From positions 5,618-69,617 of the forward strand of contig CAIKFU010000050.1 in assembly GCA_903826775.1 (NCBI GenBank): a DNA stretch of 64,000 bases, written 5' to 3'. Source of the DNA: an uncultured beta proteobacterium. Lineage in GTDB: Bacteria; Pseudomonadota; Gammaproteobacteria; Burkholderiales; Burkholderiaceae. The translations under genes were made by a program, and so were the position numbers. Positions within the stretch are counted from its first letter, which is position 1. The number at the start of each line of letters is the position of its first letter. This document shows positions 10,199 to 21,031 of this stretch, piece after piece. The notes beneath the pieces were generated by a model that was not told the origin of the DNA, ran no database searches, and saw only the letters and a list, made by a program, of their open reading frames with translations.

Positions 10199-11473
10199 CT
10201 ATTCCTGAGGCTTTGGGTTTGGAAAGTTTGATGGCATTACCTTGTTATTAATAATTAATGGGGTGCCATTTTTAAGCTTTAATTGTCCGCTAGTAACTAC
10301 GGTATCCCCTTCATTTAAACCCTTCAAAATCGATATTTGATCTCCGCGAGTTGGGCCTGTTGACACAAACACTTGCTGCGCCTCTAATACCACATTGCCT
10401 TGTTTATCGAATCGATCTGTCTTCTTGGCAACGAATACTGTGGACCCGTAAGGGTTATAAGTAACAGCTGTTTGCGGCAGCGTCAGCAACTTCATTTGAT
10501 CGCCTATATTAATATTTACATTGGCAAACATGCCTGGAAGAATTTTTTTATCAGGGTTGGCTAGTTGAGCTTCAATCTGAATATTTCTTGTATTTAAATC
10601 TACTTTTGGGCTGACTGCTGTAATCTTTCCTGAAAAAGTAACATCCTTAAATGCGTCAGTAGTTAAATTAATTTCTTGCCCAACACTAATTGTTGATGCA
10701 TTGCTCTGTGGCAAATTAAAGTCAACAAATATAGGGTCTAATGTTTGCAATGTAAGAAGTTTGTCTCCAGGATTAACATACTGACCTGGATTTATTGAAA
10801 TAATTCCTACTCTCCCGCTAAAAGGTGCCTTTAAATTTTTCTTAGCCACTAATGCTATTTGCTGATCAACTTGAGCCTGTTTTGATTTTGCGTCAGCCTT
10901 ACTGGTGTCATATACATTCTTGCTAATCGCCTGAATTTCAAGTTGCTGGCGATCTCGCTCATTAATGACTTTCGCTAACTCAGCCATAGCCGTTAAAGAA
11001 CTTAACTGGGCAATGTCAGCTGCATCATTCAATTTAATCAACAAATCGCCAGCCGCAACATCCATTCCTGATTTCACTGGAACGGATTGAACTAAGCCGC
11101 TGATTTCGGTACTAAGATCTACTCCTCTAAAAGCGCGAATGCTACCCACGCTATTTAATTTAGGCTGCCATTCTTCCATATTTACAACCATCGTCGACAC
11201 AGTAGCAGGCGGCAATCCCATGCTAGACATAAAACTTTTAATCATTAAATTCTTTAATTGATTAAATCCAAATATCAAGCCAAGCAATAAGAACACGCCT
11301 ATCAACATGACCGTCATGCGACGGCGCAAAGGGGTCATTGCCTGCAGGCGAGCATAAGCACGCGAATTCATAAATCGCTTACGTGGGCGCAATTTGTCAA
11401 CCACGGTGTTACCAAAACCTTTTATTTTCCCCCAAATTAAGAGGAGCTTTTCGCGTATTTTCCACCTATCCAT
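10199..11473 (-). CDS. RND efflux periplasmic adaptor (membrane fusion protein)
   Basis: One TM (MTVMLIGVFLLLGLIFGF), then MFP lipoyl and beta-barrel motifs (AGDLLIKLND, LKAPFSGRVG). The start is ambiguous. The longest ORF begins at 11578 and overlaps the upstream gene by 86 nt. In-frame ATGs at 11515, 11473, 11371 and 11338 are all possible. Confidence 0.85.
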   Translation of the reverse strand: MDRWKIREKLLLIWGKIKGFGNTVVDKLRPRKRFMNSRAYARLQAMTPLRRRMTVMLIGVFLLLGLIFGFNQLKNLMIKSFMSSMGLPPATVSTMVVNMEEWQPKLNSVGSIRAFRGVDLSTEISGLVQSVPVKSGMDVAAGDLLIKLNDAADIAQLSSLTAMAELAKVINERDRQQLEIQAISKNVYDTSKADAKSKQAQVDQQIALVAKKNLKAPFSGRVGIISINPGQYVNPGDKLLTLQTLDPIFVDFNLPQSNASTISVGQEINLTTDAFKDVTFSGKITAVSPKVDLNTRNIQIEAQLANPDKKILPGMFANVNINIGDQMKLLTLPQTAVTYNPYGSTVFVAKKTDRFDKQGNVVLEAQQVFVSTGPTRGDQISILKGLNEGDTVVTSGQLKLKNGTPLIINNKVMPSNFPNPKPQE

Positions 11474-11492
11474 GATGGCGAATACTTTAGCT

Positions 11493-13031
11493 CTAATTGT
11501 CTCGAGAAATTTCATCTTTATCTTTACTAACAATGCTATTGGGTTGAAATGCGGGTCCTGATCGATTCCACCAACCACCGCCTAACGCCGCAAATAATGC
11601 CGCGGTATCAGCAAAGCGATTTGCTTGCAGTTGAACTGATTTGATCTTGGCTTGTTGATACAGATTTTGGTAATACAGTACTGCTAAATAACTATTTGTT
11701 CCCAACTTGTATTGATGTTGTACCAAATCCAAGGTCTCATACGCATATCGCTCTGCGTCGGACGCAGATTTTAAGGCTTGCGCCCCAGTTTCTAAAGCAC
11801 GCAAAGCATCTGCAACTTCTTTAAAAGCAGCAAGTACCACTGCCTGATATTGATAAGCTGCCTGCTCGTAATTAGCTATTGCACCCCGACGTTGAGCTAG
11901 TAATTGGCCACCTTGAAAGAGAGGCTGAAATAATCCGCCCCCAACAGACCATAAAGCCGCTCCAGGCCCAAATAGGGCCGCAGTAGTTAATGCCTCCGAA
12001 CCGGTTGCAGCACTAATATTTATTTGGGGTAATAAATTTGATGTCGCTACACCAACTAAAGCATTTGTTGATTTTATTATTGCTTCTGCTGCACGAATAT
12101 CCGGTCTCTGACGCACCAGTATTGAGGGCAAAGAAAGTGGTAGCTTCTCCGGCAAATGCAAATTATTTAAATCAAATTTTGTAATTTCAGCGCTACTAGG
12201 AAAGTCGCCAGTATAAATAGCCAATTGGTTACGTGTAAACGTCAAGTTTTTTTCATACCCAATCAAATCTACTTGAGAATTTGCAACTAATGTCTTTTGC
12301 GACGTGACATCAACTTTGGAAACCGTCCCAATTTGCAATTGCTTTTCTGTTACATCTGCCAAATTCTGCTGGGCTTTTAAAATTTCCTTTGTAGCATTCA
12401 ACTGAGCTCTTAATGCAGCCTCTCGAATAGCTGAAGTAACAATATTTGCTGTAAGTGAGAGGTATGCACTCTCCAGCTGGAACTGCTGATATTCAGCTTG
12501 CGCCCTTGCGCTTTCGACTGCACGACGTGCTCCGCCGAAAACATCGACTCGATAATTAACGCTTATCGATGCATTGTATAAGTTGTAAGTATTGTCGCTC
12601 CCTCCAGGAAGACCAAAAGCCGCTGAAGGCATTTCTTGGCGAGTGGCGTTAGCGCCAAGCCCTATGCTTGGAAAATATTGGCCGCCTATCTGTGCATTTA
12701 CATTTTCCTGAGCTGCACGCAAAGCTGCATCAGCAGCACCTAAACTAGGATTTTGCGCTAGGGCTTTTTTAATTAATACATCTAATTCTGGAGACTTATA
12801 TAGCTCCCACCATTGAGCAGGAATATTGGCATCAAAGATAAAAGTTTGTTCCGTGCCTCCAGTTACGTCAGGGACAGTAGTCAATTTTGCCGCAATAGGG
12901 ATTTCTGTAAAAGAGGCAACCTTTGGGGGATCTGGCTGTTTAAAGTCTGGTCCAACTGCGCATGCGCCTAGACACCCCGCAAAACCAAGCAGAACCCAAT
13001 AACGCATACGAAGATATGTCTTATGAACCAT
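11493..13031 (-). CDS. Efflux outer-membrane factor lipoprotein (NodT family)
   Basis: Signal peptide plus lipobox (..WVLLGFAGCLGAC), then the duplicated OMF repeat architecture. The start is uncertain, with ATGs at 13073, 13031 and 13007. ATG 13031 gives the most typical lipoprotein signal length. Confidence 0.85.
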   Translation of the reverse strand: MVHKTYLRMRYWVLLGFAGCLGACAVGPDFKQPDPPKVASFTEIPIAAKLTTVPDVTGGTEQTFIFDANIPAQWWELYKSPELDVLIKKALAQNPSLGAADAALRAAQENVNAQIGGQYFPSIGLGANATRQEMPSAAFGLPGGSDNTYNLYNASISVNYRVDVFGGARRAVESARAQAEYQQFQLESAYLSLTANIVTSAIREAALRAQLNATKEILKAQQNLADVTEKQLQIGTVSKVDVTSQKTLVANSQVDLIGYEKNLTFTRNQLAIYTGDFPSSAEITKFDLNNLHLPEKLPLSLPSILVRQRPDIRAAEAIIKSTNALVGVATSNLLPQINISAATGSEALTTAALFGPGAALWSVGGGLFQPLFQGGQLLAQRRGAIANYEQAAYQYQAVVLAAFKEVADALRALETGAQALKSASDAERYAYETLDLVQHQYKLGTNSYLAVLYYQNLYQQAKIKSVQLQANRFADTAALFAALGGGWWNRSGPAFQPNSIVSKDKDEISRDN

Positions 13032-13130
13032 TAACCAATGACTTGCGAAAAATACTTTATTTAGCAAGCCCATTTGACCACATATATCGATATTCGTCCG
13101 TTTGCATCTCCAACGCTAATAATTTTTTTG

Positions 13131-14963
13131 TTACTCTACAGTAACGCTCTTAGCTAAATTTCTCGGTTTATCAACATCTGTTCCAAGCGCGCACGCAGTA
13201 TGGTACGCCAACAGTTGTAGTGGTACTACATGCAATATGGGGGAGAGATTTCCATAATGCTCCGGTAAACGAATTACCTGTATGCCGTCACTACTTATGA
13301 TTTCGGTACCTTGATCTGCAAAAACATAAAGTCTCCCCCCTCGAGCTTTAACTTCTTGCATATTTGATTTCAACTTTTCCAACAACACATCATTAGGCGC
13401 AACTGTAACTACGGGCATTTTCTCTGTAACCAAAGCCAAGGGTCCGTGTTTTAATTCTCCTGCAGGATATGCTTCTGCATGAATATACGATATTTCCTTT
13501 AACTTAAGCGCTCCCTCCAAAGCAATTGGGTAATGCAGCCCGCGTCCAAGAAATAATGCATTTTCACATTTTGCAAATGCCTCGCTCCAGGCGATAATTT
13601 GTGGCTCCAGAGCCAACACGGCATGTAACGCCTTAGGTAAATGGCGCAATTCACGCAACATAACCCGCTCTTTATCTTCACTAATCCTGCCTGCTCGTTT
13701 TGCTATTGAGACTGTCAAAAGGTAAAGGGCAACCAACTGGGTCGTAAACGCCTTGGTAGATGCAACGCCAATTTCTGCGCCCGCCTTAGTTAAGAAATGC
13801 CAATTGGTCTCCCGAACCATGGCGCTACTGGCAACATTGCAGATTGCCAAAGTGAATTCATGTCCTAAACTTTTTGCATGTCTTAATGCCGCAAGCGTAT
13901 CGGCGGTCTCCCCCGATTGTGACACCACAACAATTAGAGCCCTAGGATTGGATACTGTTTTACGATAACGATATTCACTTGCAATTTCAACTTGAGTGGA
14001 GATTCCGGCAATATCCTCAAGCCAATACTTGGCAACACAAGCCGAGTAATAACTTGTACCGCAAGCCAAAATTAGGATTTGATCAAAAGCAAGCCAATCA
14101 TTTGGATTTGCTCCAAATAAATCCGGGCCAAAATGCGTAATACTGGCAAGCGTGTCGCCAATTGCACGCGGTTGCTCGAAGATTTCCTTCTGCATATAGT
14201 GTCGATAAGGTCCTAGCTCCACAGCCTCTGCCTGCAATGGCATTGGTTTAACTGCCCTTTTTTGCACTTCGCCTGTTTGACTGACAATCTCAATCTGATC
14301 ATTCTTGAGTATTGCAACGTCGCCTTCTTCTAGATAGATCATTGAATGCGCTCTTCCAGCTAATGCTAAAGCATCTGAGGCAATAAAATTCTCATCCTCG
14401 CCAAGAGCTATAACCAAAGGCGAACCAGCACGGGCACCAATCAAAATATCAGGGCAATCTTGAGCAATAACGCCAATTGCATATGCGCCATGTAGCCTAG
14501 GTAAAACTGATCTAACTGCCAAACCTAAATCTCGCTTATCTAAAGAGATATAAGATTTATGGATTAAATGGGCAATCACTTCAGTATCCGTTTCGGAACT
14601 AAAAATATACCCGTCTGCTTTTAATTCTGTACGTAAACTCTCGTAATTTTCAATAATCCCGTTGTGGACAACCGCCACAAGACTGCCTGAAATATGTGGG
14701 TGGGCATTCTGAGTGTCCGGCTTACCATGAGTTGCCCAACGCGTATGGGCTATTCCCAAGGTTCCACGAAAGTCCTTACCTTGATCCACTAACTCAGCTA
14801 CACGAGCAGTGGTTCTAGCTCTCTCAATTGGATGCTCTGGATTTGAAGAGTCAATTACAGCGAATCCGCAAGAATCATACCCGCGATATTCAAGGCGACG
14901 CAATCCTTCAATCAAAACATCAACAATATTTTTGTGCGATGCTGCCCCGACTATTCCACACAT
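13131..14963 (-). CDS. glmS: Glutamine--fructose-6-phosphate aminotransferase
   Basis: MCGIVGA N-terminal nucleophile, two SIS domains, canonical C-terminus ..KSVTVE, 610 aa. Confidence 0.97.
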   Translation of the reverse strand: MCGIVGAASHKNIVDVLIEGLRRLEYRGYDSCGFAVIDSSNPEHPIERARTTARVAELVDQGKDFRGTLGIAHTRWATHGKPDTQNAHPHISGSLVAVVHNGIIENYESLRTELKADGYIFSSETDTEVIAHLIHKSYISLDKRDLGLAVRSVLPRLHGAYAIGVIAQDCPDILIGARAGSPLVIALGEDENFIASDALALAGRAHSMIYLEEGDVAILKNDQIEIVSQTGEVQKRAVKPMPLQAEAVELGPYRHYMQKEIFEQPRAIGDTLASITHFGPDLFGANPNDWLAFDQILILACGTSYYSACVAKYWLEDIAGISTQVEIASEYRYRKTVSNPRALIVVVSQSGETADTLAALRHAKSLGHEFTLAICNVASSAMVRETNWHFLTKAGAEIGVASTKAFTTQLVALYLLTVSIAKRAGRISEDKERVMLRELRHLPKALHAVLALEPQIIAWSEAFAKCENALFLGRGLHYPIALEGALKLKEISYIHAEAYPAGELKHGPLALVTEKMPVVTVAPNDVLLEKLKSNMQEVKARGGRLYVFADQGTEIISSDGIQVIRLPEHYGNLSPILHVVPLQLLAYHTACALGTDVDKPRNLAKSVTVE

Positions 14964-14999
14964 TTAAACGCCCCTGGCTCTAATAATGCGATTGCTTAA

Positions 15000-16484
15000 C
15001 TAGTTCTTGTTTTTTACTACAAACGCCTTTTTGATCGTTGATTTTGTCTTCGTTAATGACTTTATTGCAGATTTTGGAATGCTTTTTTTTTCGGGTCGAT
15101 CCCAGTTTAAGGAAACTTGCTTTGCTCGAGATACAGTCAGCATATTCGGAGGTGCATCTCTAGTTAATGTGGTTCCAGCGCCTAAAGTGGCACCACGTCC
15201 CACCCTCACCGGGGCAACCAATTGAGTATCAGATCCGATGAATACATCATCTTCAATAATAGTTTGGTGCTTATTAGCTCCGTCATAGTTACAGGTAATG
15301 GTTCCAGCGCCAATATTCACTCGAGATCCAACTATTGAATCCCCAACATAAGCCAAGTGATTGGCCTTGCTATTGGAAGCAATTCGACTATTTTTAATTT
15401 CTACAAAATTACCGATGTGCACATCATGTTCCAATTTTGATCCAGGACGCAGTCGAGCATATGGCCCAATTGAAGAGCTCTCCCCAACACTTGCTCCATC
15501 AAGATGACTATATGCATGAATCGAAACTTGCTTGCCAATAGTTGCATTGCGGAGAACGCAGTATGGACCTACCCTTACCCCTGAGGCTAATGTAACCAAA
15601 CCCTCAAAAACACAACCCACATCAATAAATACATCGCTTCCACAATTAAGCGCACCTCTTACATCAATACGGGCGGGGTCAGCCAATGAAACACCTTCTT
15701 CCATAAGCTTGCTAGCAATATTTAATTGATAGATCCTTTCAAGTGCAGCCAGTTGATCGCGACTGTTTACCCCCGTTGTTTCCCATTCAGCCAATGCTTG
15801 CGTTGTCCTAATAGGGACGTTATCCCGAACTGCCATTGAAATCACATCTGTTAAGTAATACTCTCCTTGAGCATTGCTCGCTCGCAAAGATTTAAGCCAT
15901 TTTTTTAGGGATGCAGTAGGCAAAACCATAATCCCCGTATTAATTTCAGTAATTGCCTTTTGCGAGCTACTAGCATCTTTTTCTTCTACGATCGCCGCTA
16001 CAGCTCCATCCATATCTCGAACAATGCGCCCATAACCAGTTGGATCAGTCATATGCTGAGTTAATAAGGCCAAAGCAGAATCTTGTCCACGAACCCCATC
16101 CGCAATCTTTAAAAGATCTGCCAAAGTTTTTTTAGTTATAAGCGGAACATCCCCATATAAAACTAGAGTGGCCTCACCTTGATCCAATTTTGGTAATGCC
16201 TGCAGTAAAGCGTGTCCAGTACCCTTTTGCTCGCGTTGTAAAACTGTGCGTACATTTTCAAATGTTGAATCGCGATTTCCTGCTTCCGCTAAAAAATTCT
16301 TTATATTCTCAGCCCCATGACCAACAACCACAATAGGTGAATTGCTGCTTGATTTCGCCTGCAGACTCAAGGCAGTAGCCAGCACATGCTCGATAAGAGG
16401 TTTACCTGCAAGCGTTTGCAGAACCTTTGGTAATGCGGACTTCATCCGCTTGCCTTGACCGGCTGCCAATATCACAATATTCAT
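15000..16484 (-). CDS. glmU: Bifunctional UDP-N-acetylglucosamine pyrophosphorylase / GlcN-1-P acetyltransferase, with a Lys-rich C-terminal extension
   Basis: [16 protein letters not shown] start motif (ATG 16484..16482), left-handed beta-helix hexapeptide repeats, NYDGANKH. The ORF-track start at 16523 adds 13 non-homologous codons. Confidence 0.95.
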   Translation of the reverse strand: MNIVILAAGQGKRMKSALPKVLQTLAGKPLIEHVLATALSLQAKSSSNSPIVVVGHGAENIKNFLAEAGNRDSTFENVRTVLQREQKGTGHALLQALPKLDQGEATLVLYGDVPLITKKTLADLLKIADGVRGQDSALALLTQHMTDPTGYGRIVRDMDGAVAAIVEEKDASSSQKAITEINTGIMVLPTASLKKWLKSLRASNAQGEYYLTDVISMAVRDNVPIRTTQALAEWETTGVNSRDQLAALERIYQLNIASKLMEEGVSLADPARIDVRGALNCGSDVFIDVGCVFEGLVTLASGVRVGPYCVLRNATIGKQVSIHAYSHLDGASVGESSSIGPYARLRPGSKLEHDVHIGNFVEIKNSRIASNSKANHLAYVGDSIVGSRVNIGAGTITCNYDGANKHQTIIEDDVFIGSDTQLVAPVRVGRGATLGAGTTLTRDAPPNMLTVSRAKQVSLNWDRPEKKSIPKSAIKSLTKTKSTIKKAFVVKNKN

Positions 16485-17401
16485 ATATCTGAAGTATAAA
16501 TCTTTGAAATATTTACGCCACACTCCAATTCATCCAGCTCGGCTTCGTCTATAGCTCGATCCCCCACGAATTTTGAAATGGACGAATTGGACATTTTGTT
16601 CAATTCTTCGTTCATTATTAAGCTTTCAAAATTAAAAGCTTTGCGATCCATCAAATGAGATGGGACAATATTGTGCATTGACCGAAATAGATTTTCTACA
16701 CGACCTGGGAATTGCTTTTCCCAGTCACGCAGCATCTGCTTCATTGCGGCTCGCTGTAAATTTGGCTGACTCCCGCAAAGATCACACGGAATAATGGGAA
16801 ATTTCATATCAGTTGCATAGCGTTCTAGCAATTTTTCCGGCACATACGCCATTGGACGAATCACAATATGCTTTCCATCATCCGAAAGCAATTTCGGTGG
16901 CATTCCCTTCAGCTTCCCAGCGAAAAACATATTTAGTAATAATGTCTCCAAAATATCATCACGATGATGGCCAAGTGCAATTTTTGTCACCCCCAATTCA
17001 TCGGCCACCCGATATAAGATTCCGCGACGCAATCGAGAGCACAAACCACAAGTTGTTTTTCCTTCAGGAATAACCCTCTTAACAACACTGTAGGTATCCT
17101 GTTCTTCAATATGGTATTTAACTCCAAGAGTGGATAGGTATTTTGGTAACACATCTGCAGGAAAGTTAGGCTGTCTTTGATCAAGGTTTACAGCGACTAC
17201 TTCAAAATTAATGGGTGCGCGGTCCTGTAACTTTAATAAAATATCAAGCAAAGCATAGCTATCTTTGCCTCCCGATACACAAACCATTATTTTGTCGCCA
17301 TCCTCAATCATCCCGAAGTCACCAATTGCTTGCCCAACTAAACGGCATAACTTTTTTTCAAGTTTGTTTTCTTCGAAAACTATTTTTCGGATATCGTTCA
17401 T
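16481..17401 (-). CDS. ttcA: tRNA 2-thiocytidine(32) synthetase
   Basis: PP-loop [16 protein letters not shown] and CDLCGS Fe-S Cys motifs. The TGA stop overlaps the glmU ATG (ATGA). Confidence 0.9.
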   Translation of the reverse strand: MNDIRKIVFEENKLEKKLCRLVGQAIGDFGMIEDGDKIMVCVSGGKDSYALLDILLKLQDRAPINFEVVAVNLDQRQPNFPADVLPKYLSTLGVKYHIEEQDTYSVVKRVIPEGKTTCGLCSRLRRGILYRVADELGVTKIALGHHRDDILETLLLNMFFAGKLKGMPPKLLSDDGKHIVIRPMAYVPEKLLERYATDMKFPIIPCDLCGSQPNLQRAAMKQMLRDWEKQFPGRVENLFRSMHNIVPSHLMDRKAFNFESLIMNEELNKMSNSSISKFVGDRAIDEAELDELECGVNISKIYTSDI

Positions 17402-17410
17402 ATAGGATTT

Positions 17411-17827
17411 TTAATTTAATCCGGCGGCTAAATTTTCGGATTTAATGCGAAATACCTCAACGCCAACAGAATGGCAATCGGGATAGACATCGGGTTTTGC
17501 AGTCGATACGCGCACCGCCAACACCTTCGGATGAGCTAACATTGCCGAAACAATATCATCGCAGAGAGTTTCTTGCAGGTGAATATGTCCTAAACTTGCC
17601 CTTGCTTTAATGGTGTCGCGCATGAAATCATAATCTAGCACCTCGTCAAGACGATCTGTCTTTGGGGTATTCAAATTAAGCGGGATATACAAATCAATGT
17701 TGAGGATAACCCTTTGCTCTGCTTTTTTCTCAAAATCGTGGACACCAATATTGATAAAGATTTCATAATCACGCAAATAAAGTCGACGACAGTCTACTAG
17801 GCTTGGATGAGAGAGAATGGCATGCAT
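17411..17827 (-). CDS. folB: Dihydroneopterin aldolase family protein
   Basis: 138 aa. YEIFINIGVHDFEKKAEQRVILNIDL ... DYDFMRDTI ... HLQETLCDDI fits the FolB tunnel-fold pattern, as does its position beside an SDR typical of pterin loci. Confidence 0.75.
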   Translation of the reverse strand: MHAILSHPSLVDCRRLYLRDYEIFINIGVHDFEKKAEQRVILNIDLYIPLNLNTPKTDRLDEVLDYDFMRDTIKARASLGHIHLQETLCDDIVSAMLAHPKVLAVRVSTAKPDVYPDCHSVGVEVFRIKSENLAAGLN

Positions 17828-17838
17828 TTATAGTGGGC

Positions 17839-18663
17839 CTAATGGTTGTTAAACATAACATCCCTAGTTGATGGTAATAGGTGCTGGCCTCCATCAACAT
17901 AAAGGGTTGTACCGGTGATTGCGCTAGATTCAGCAAGAAAGACAGCGGCCTTAGCAATTTCTGTCGGGGTAGACGACCTCTTCATTGGAGTCATTTGGTG
18001 CGCATTTAAAAAATCTTCTTCTGATTGATCACCTGAAGGCAGGGTAATTCCTGGAGCCAATCCAACAACTCGTAAATGCGGAGCAAAATCCATAGCCAAT
18101 AATTCTGTAGCGCAAAGCAATGCCCCTTTTGATACGGTATAGGAAAAATAATCTGGATTCAGGTTTATCAGCTTTTGATCAAGTAAATGAATAATTGAGG
18201 GAACAATGTCGCCCCCATTTGATTTTTTTTTACCACGCTGCTTTTGCTGTCGAAACATCAACTGGGAAAGCAATACAGGGGCTACCAAATTAACGGCTAA
18301 ATGCCTTTGCAAAAATTCCGCACTCAGTATTTCATCTTCAGCACTAGCTCGATCATATTCAAAAATAGAAGCGCTATTCACCAAACAATCCAACACCCCA
18401 AGCTTATCCTCGACAACCTTAAAAAGATTGTGAACTTCTGCCTCTATGGCAAGATTCGCCTGAAATGCACAAGCCCGCCCGCCCAAATCCTCGATAATTG
18501 CAACGGTTTCAATCGCCTCTGCCTGAGAGTTGCCATAATGAACGCCAACACTCCAGCCTTGGCGTGCAAATTGCAGGGCAATTTCTCGGCCCAAACGCTT
18601 CGCGGCTCCGGTAATTAGCACAACCTTTTCTTGTGCGGATAATGGGGTTGAACTAGGGTTCAA
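17839..18663 (-). CDS. SDR family oxidoreductase, pteridine-reductase/FolM-like
   Basis: VVLITGAAKRLGREIA (TGxxxxxG), YTVSK (YxxxK), and adjacency to folB. Confidence 0.75.
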   Translation of the reverse strand: MNPSSTPLSAQEKVVLITGAAKRLGREIALQFARQGWSVGVHYGNSQAEAIETVAIIEDLGGRACAFQANLAIEAEVHNLFKVVEDKLGVLDCLVNSASIFEYDRASAEDEILSAEFLQRHLAVNLVAPVLLSQLMFRQQKQRGKKKSNGGDIVPSIIHLLDQKLINLNPDYFSYTVSKGALLCATELLAMDFAPHLRVVGLAPGITLPSGDQSEEDFLNAHQMTPMKRSSTPTEIAKAAVFLAESSAITGTTLYVDGGQHLLPSTRDVMFNNH

Positions 18664-18688
18664 TTAATTTCTCTTAGACTAGCGAGTT

Positions 18689-19882
18689 ATGGATATTACC
18701 TTGACCAGCATTGAAACTGAGCATAGCAGAGCTCTTTACGACAAAATTGCACAAAATATTGCCAATAACGGCGGATGGATTCCCTTTTCCCGCTATATGG
18801 AAATGGCTTTGTATGAGCCCGGCCTAGGCTACTATAGCGCCGGCGCACATAAATTGGGTGCTGGGGGTGATTTTACGACCTCCCCTGAGTTAACCCCTTT
18901 ATTTGGTGCAACTCTCGTTTCCAGTCTTTTGCCTGTCCTTCAAGGGCTTAAAAACAATGGCTTGCCTGCCCGTATTTTGGAATTTGGGGCAGGAAGCGGT
19001 AAATTAGCCGAATCTATTCTTACCCAACTAAATAAGCTGAACTTTAAACTTGATGATTACGACTTCATCGAGGTTTCGCCAGATTTAGCGGAGAGGCAAC
19101 AAAAAAGAATACGTAAAGTTTCGGATGATCTACATTTGGATACAGCATATCAGTGGCTAAATACACTTCCTGATCATTTTCAAGGCGTGATTCTTGCTAA
19201 TGAGGTATTGGATGCAATCCCATGTGATGCCATCATTTACCAACAAGGCCTTTGGCATTGGCGTGGAGTTGGGTTGGATAATAACAATTTTGCTTGGAAA
19301 ATTGGAGGCGCAGTAGACCCAGAAATTCTTCCGGAGTTTCTATTGAATTCAAATAGCTTTACTGAAAACTACGTTACCGAGCTTCATACTCAATCTTCCT
19401 CATGGATTCAAAGCATAGCAAGACATATGGAAACGGGGTTATTCCTAACCTTTGATTACGGATTTCCAGAAGCTGAGTACTACCATCCACAACGCCATGA
19501 GGGCACCATCTTGGCCCACCATAGACATCACGTCATTCATGACCCATTCTACTTACCCGGTTTATGCGATATTACTGCTCACATCGAGTGGACCCGTATT
19601 GCAGAAATGGCGCTTTCCGAGGGTGCAGATGATGTCTACATGAGCAATCAGGCAAATTATTTGCTGGATGCGGGCATAGGAGACCTCACATTAGAAATTA
19701 GCGACCCAAGTGATGCAAAAACCTATTTGCCAATATCAAATGCATTGCAAAAATTACTCTCTGAAGCTGAAATGGGTGAGTTGTTTAAGGTTTTTGCTTT
19801 CTCAAAAAATATTGAACGCATCTTACCTGCTGAACATTTTCTAGATAGCTTGCCCGGGCTAAGGGGTCGAAATCGGCTATAA
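18689..19882 (+). CDS. SAM-dependent methyltransferase, DUF185 / MidA / NDUFAF7 family
   Basis: YYSAGAHKLGAGGDFTTSPELTPLFG and EFGAGSGKLA are hallmarks of the MidA/NDUFAF7 family. Confidence 0.8.
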   Translation: MDITLTSIETEHSRALYDKIAQNIANNGGWIPFSRYMEMALYEPGLGYYSAGAHKLGAGGDFTTSPELTPLFGATLVSSLLPVLQGLKNNGLPARILEFGAGSGKLAESILTQLNKLNFKLDDYDFIEVSPDLAERQQKRIRKVSDDLHLDTAYQWLNTLPDHFQGVILANEVLDAIPCDAIIYQQGLWHWRGVGLDNNNFAWKIGGAVDPEILPEFLLNSNSFTENYVTELHTQSSSWIQSIARHMETGLFLTFDYGFPEAEYYHPQRHEGTILAHHRHHVIHDPFYLPGLCDITAHIEWTRIAEMALSEGADDVYMSNQANYLLDAGIGDLTLEISDPSDAKTYLPISNALQKLLSEAEMGELFKVFAFSKNIERILPAEHFLDSLPGLRGRNRL

Positions 19883-19903
19883 AATAAATTACTTTCAATT
19901 TTC

Positions 19904-21031
19904 TCAATTGAATACTGCTTTTATAGAATTTAATCGAGCCACCTCTATTGCGGTTCGAATGTTTTCTCCATTCGATCGATCTGATTCCTCGATTTTTTGA
20001 ATGACATCCGCTACATCCACGTTTTTCGCAAGCACAAACGCTTTAAATACTAAGTCTGTGTCTAACCCCAAATTGTTACCCAAATGAATCAACCTCTCGG
20101 TCCGGTCCGGTTTTCGCCAGGCATCGGATCGATCAAACCAAGACAAAACATCTTGAGCGGTCCAGTTTATTTTTTTTAAAAACCTATACAGTTCTGAAAA
20201 CAATTCAGCAAAATCTCGCACATCCTTTGGCATGCGTACAAACTCGGCCCAAGCCCGAATTTCAGCGCTTGATAAATTTATTAAGACGACAGCAATAGAG
20301 CATGAAATTTGAGAATTATCATCACTTAGAGCATTTAGGTTCTTATTCAATATTTCACGAGTATTTTCATCGCCCAGGACCTTAATCAGACCAATAGGCA
20401 GAATGTCTTTTGCCGCACCTGTATCAAGCAAAACTTGCAACATTCGCATTGGCTTTTTTGCAATTAATCCCCTGGAAATTTCTTGCCAAATCCTTTCTGG
20501 GGACAGCGATGATAATTCTCCATGATCGACGATGCTCTTAAGCTCACGAAAAGTTTCCTCTGCAATCGTGAACTCAGGAAAGCGGGCCGTAAAACGTGCC
20601 ACACGCAATAATCGCAGCGGATCTTCGGAAAAGGCACTTGAAACATGACGTAAAACTTTCGCCGCTAAATCATTTTGGCCATTAAAAGGATCAATTATCC
20701 CCCCGACCAACTTACCACTTGCATCCACCTCTTGAGCCATTGCATTAATTGTTAAATCGCGTCTGCGCAGATCATCTTCTAATTTAACCGTTGGGTCAGC
20801 ATAAAACATGAACCCCTTGTAGCCCTTACCTGTTTTTCGCTCTGTTCGCGCCAATGCGTATTCTGAATTTGTAATAGGGTGCAAAAAAACCGGAAAATCC
20901 TTTCCAACAGGCTTAAATCCCTGAGAAAGCATCTCCTCAATCGTTGCCCCAACAACAACAAAATCAAAATCATGAACAGGAATCCCCATCAAAGTGTCGC
21001 GCACAGACCCACCAACAGCGTATGTCTTCAA
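19904..21031 (-). CDS. cca: CCA-adding tRNA nucleotidyltransferase (short form; HD-domain residues not detectable)
   Basis: [49 protein letters not shown] and RRDLTINA are collinear with E. coli Cca. It is 375 aa, and the C-terminal half contains a single His and no HD dipeptide. Confidence 0.85.
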   Translation of the reverse strand: MKTYAVGGSVRDTLMGIPVHDFDFVVVGATIEEMLSQGFKPVGKDFPVFLHPITNSEYALARTERKTGKGYKGFMFYADPTVKLEDDLRRRDLTINAMAQEVDASGKLVGGIIDPFNGQNDLAAKVLRHVSSAFSEDPLRLLRVARFTARFPEFTIAEETFRELKSIVDHGELSSLSPERIWQEISRGLIAKKPMRMLQVLLDTGAAKDILPIGLIKVLGDENTREILNKNLNALSDDNSQISCSIAVVLINLSSAEIRAWAEFVRMPKDVRDFAELFSELYRFLKKINWTAQDVLSWFDRSDAWRKPDRTERLIHLGNNLGLDTDLVFKAFVLAKNVDVADVIQKIEESDRSNGENIRTAIEVARLNSIKAVFN

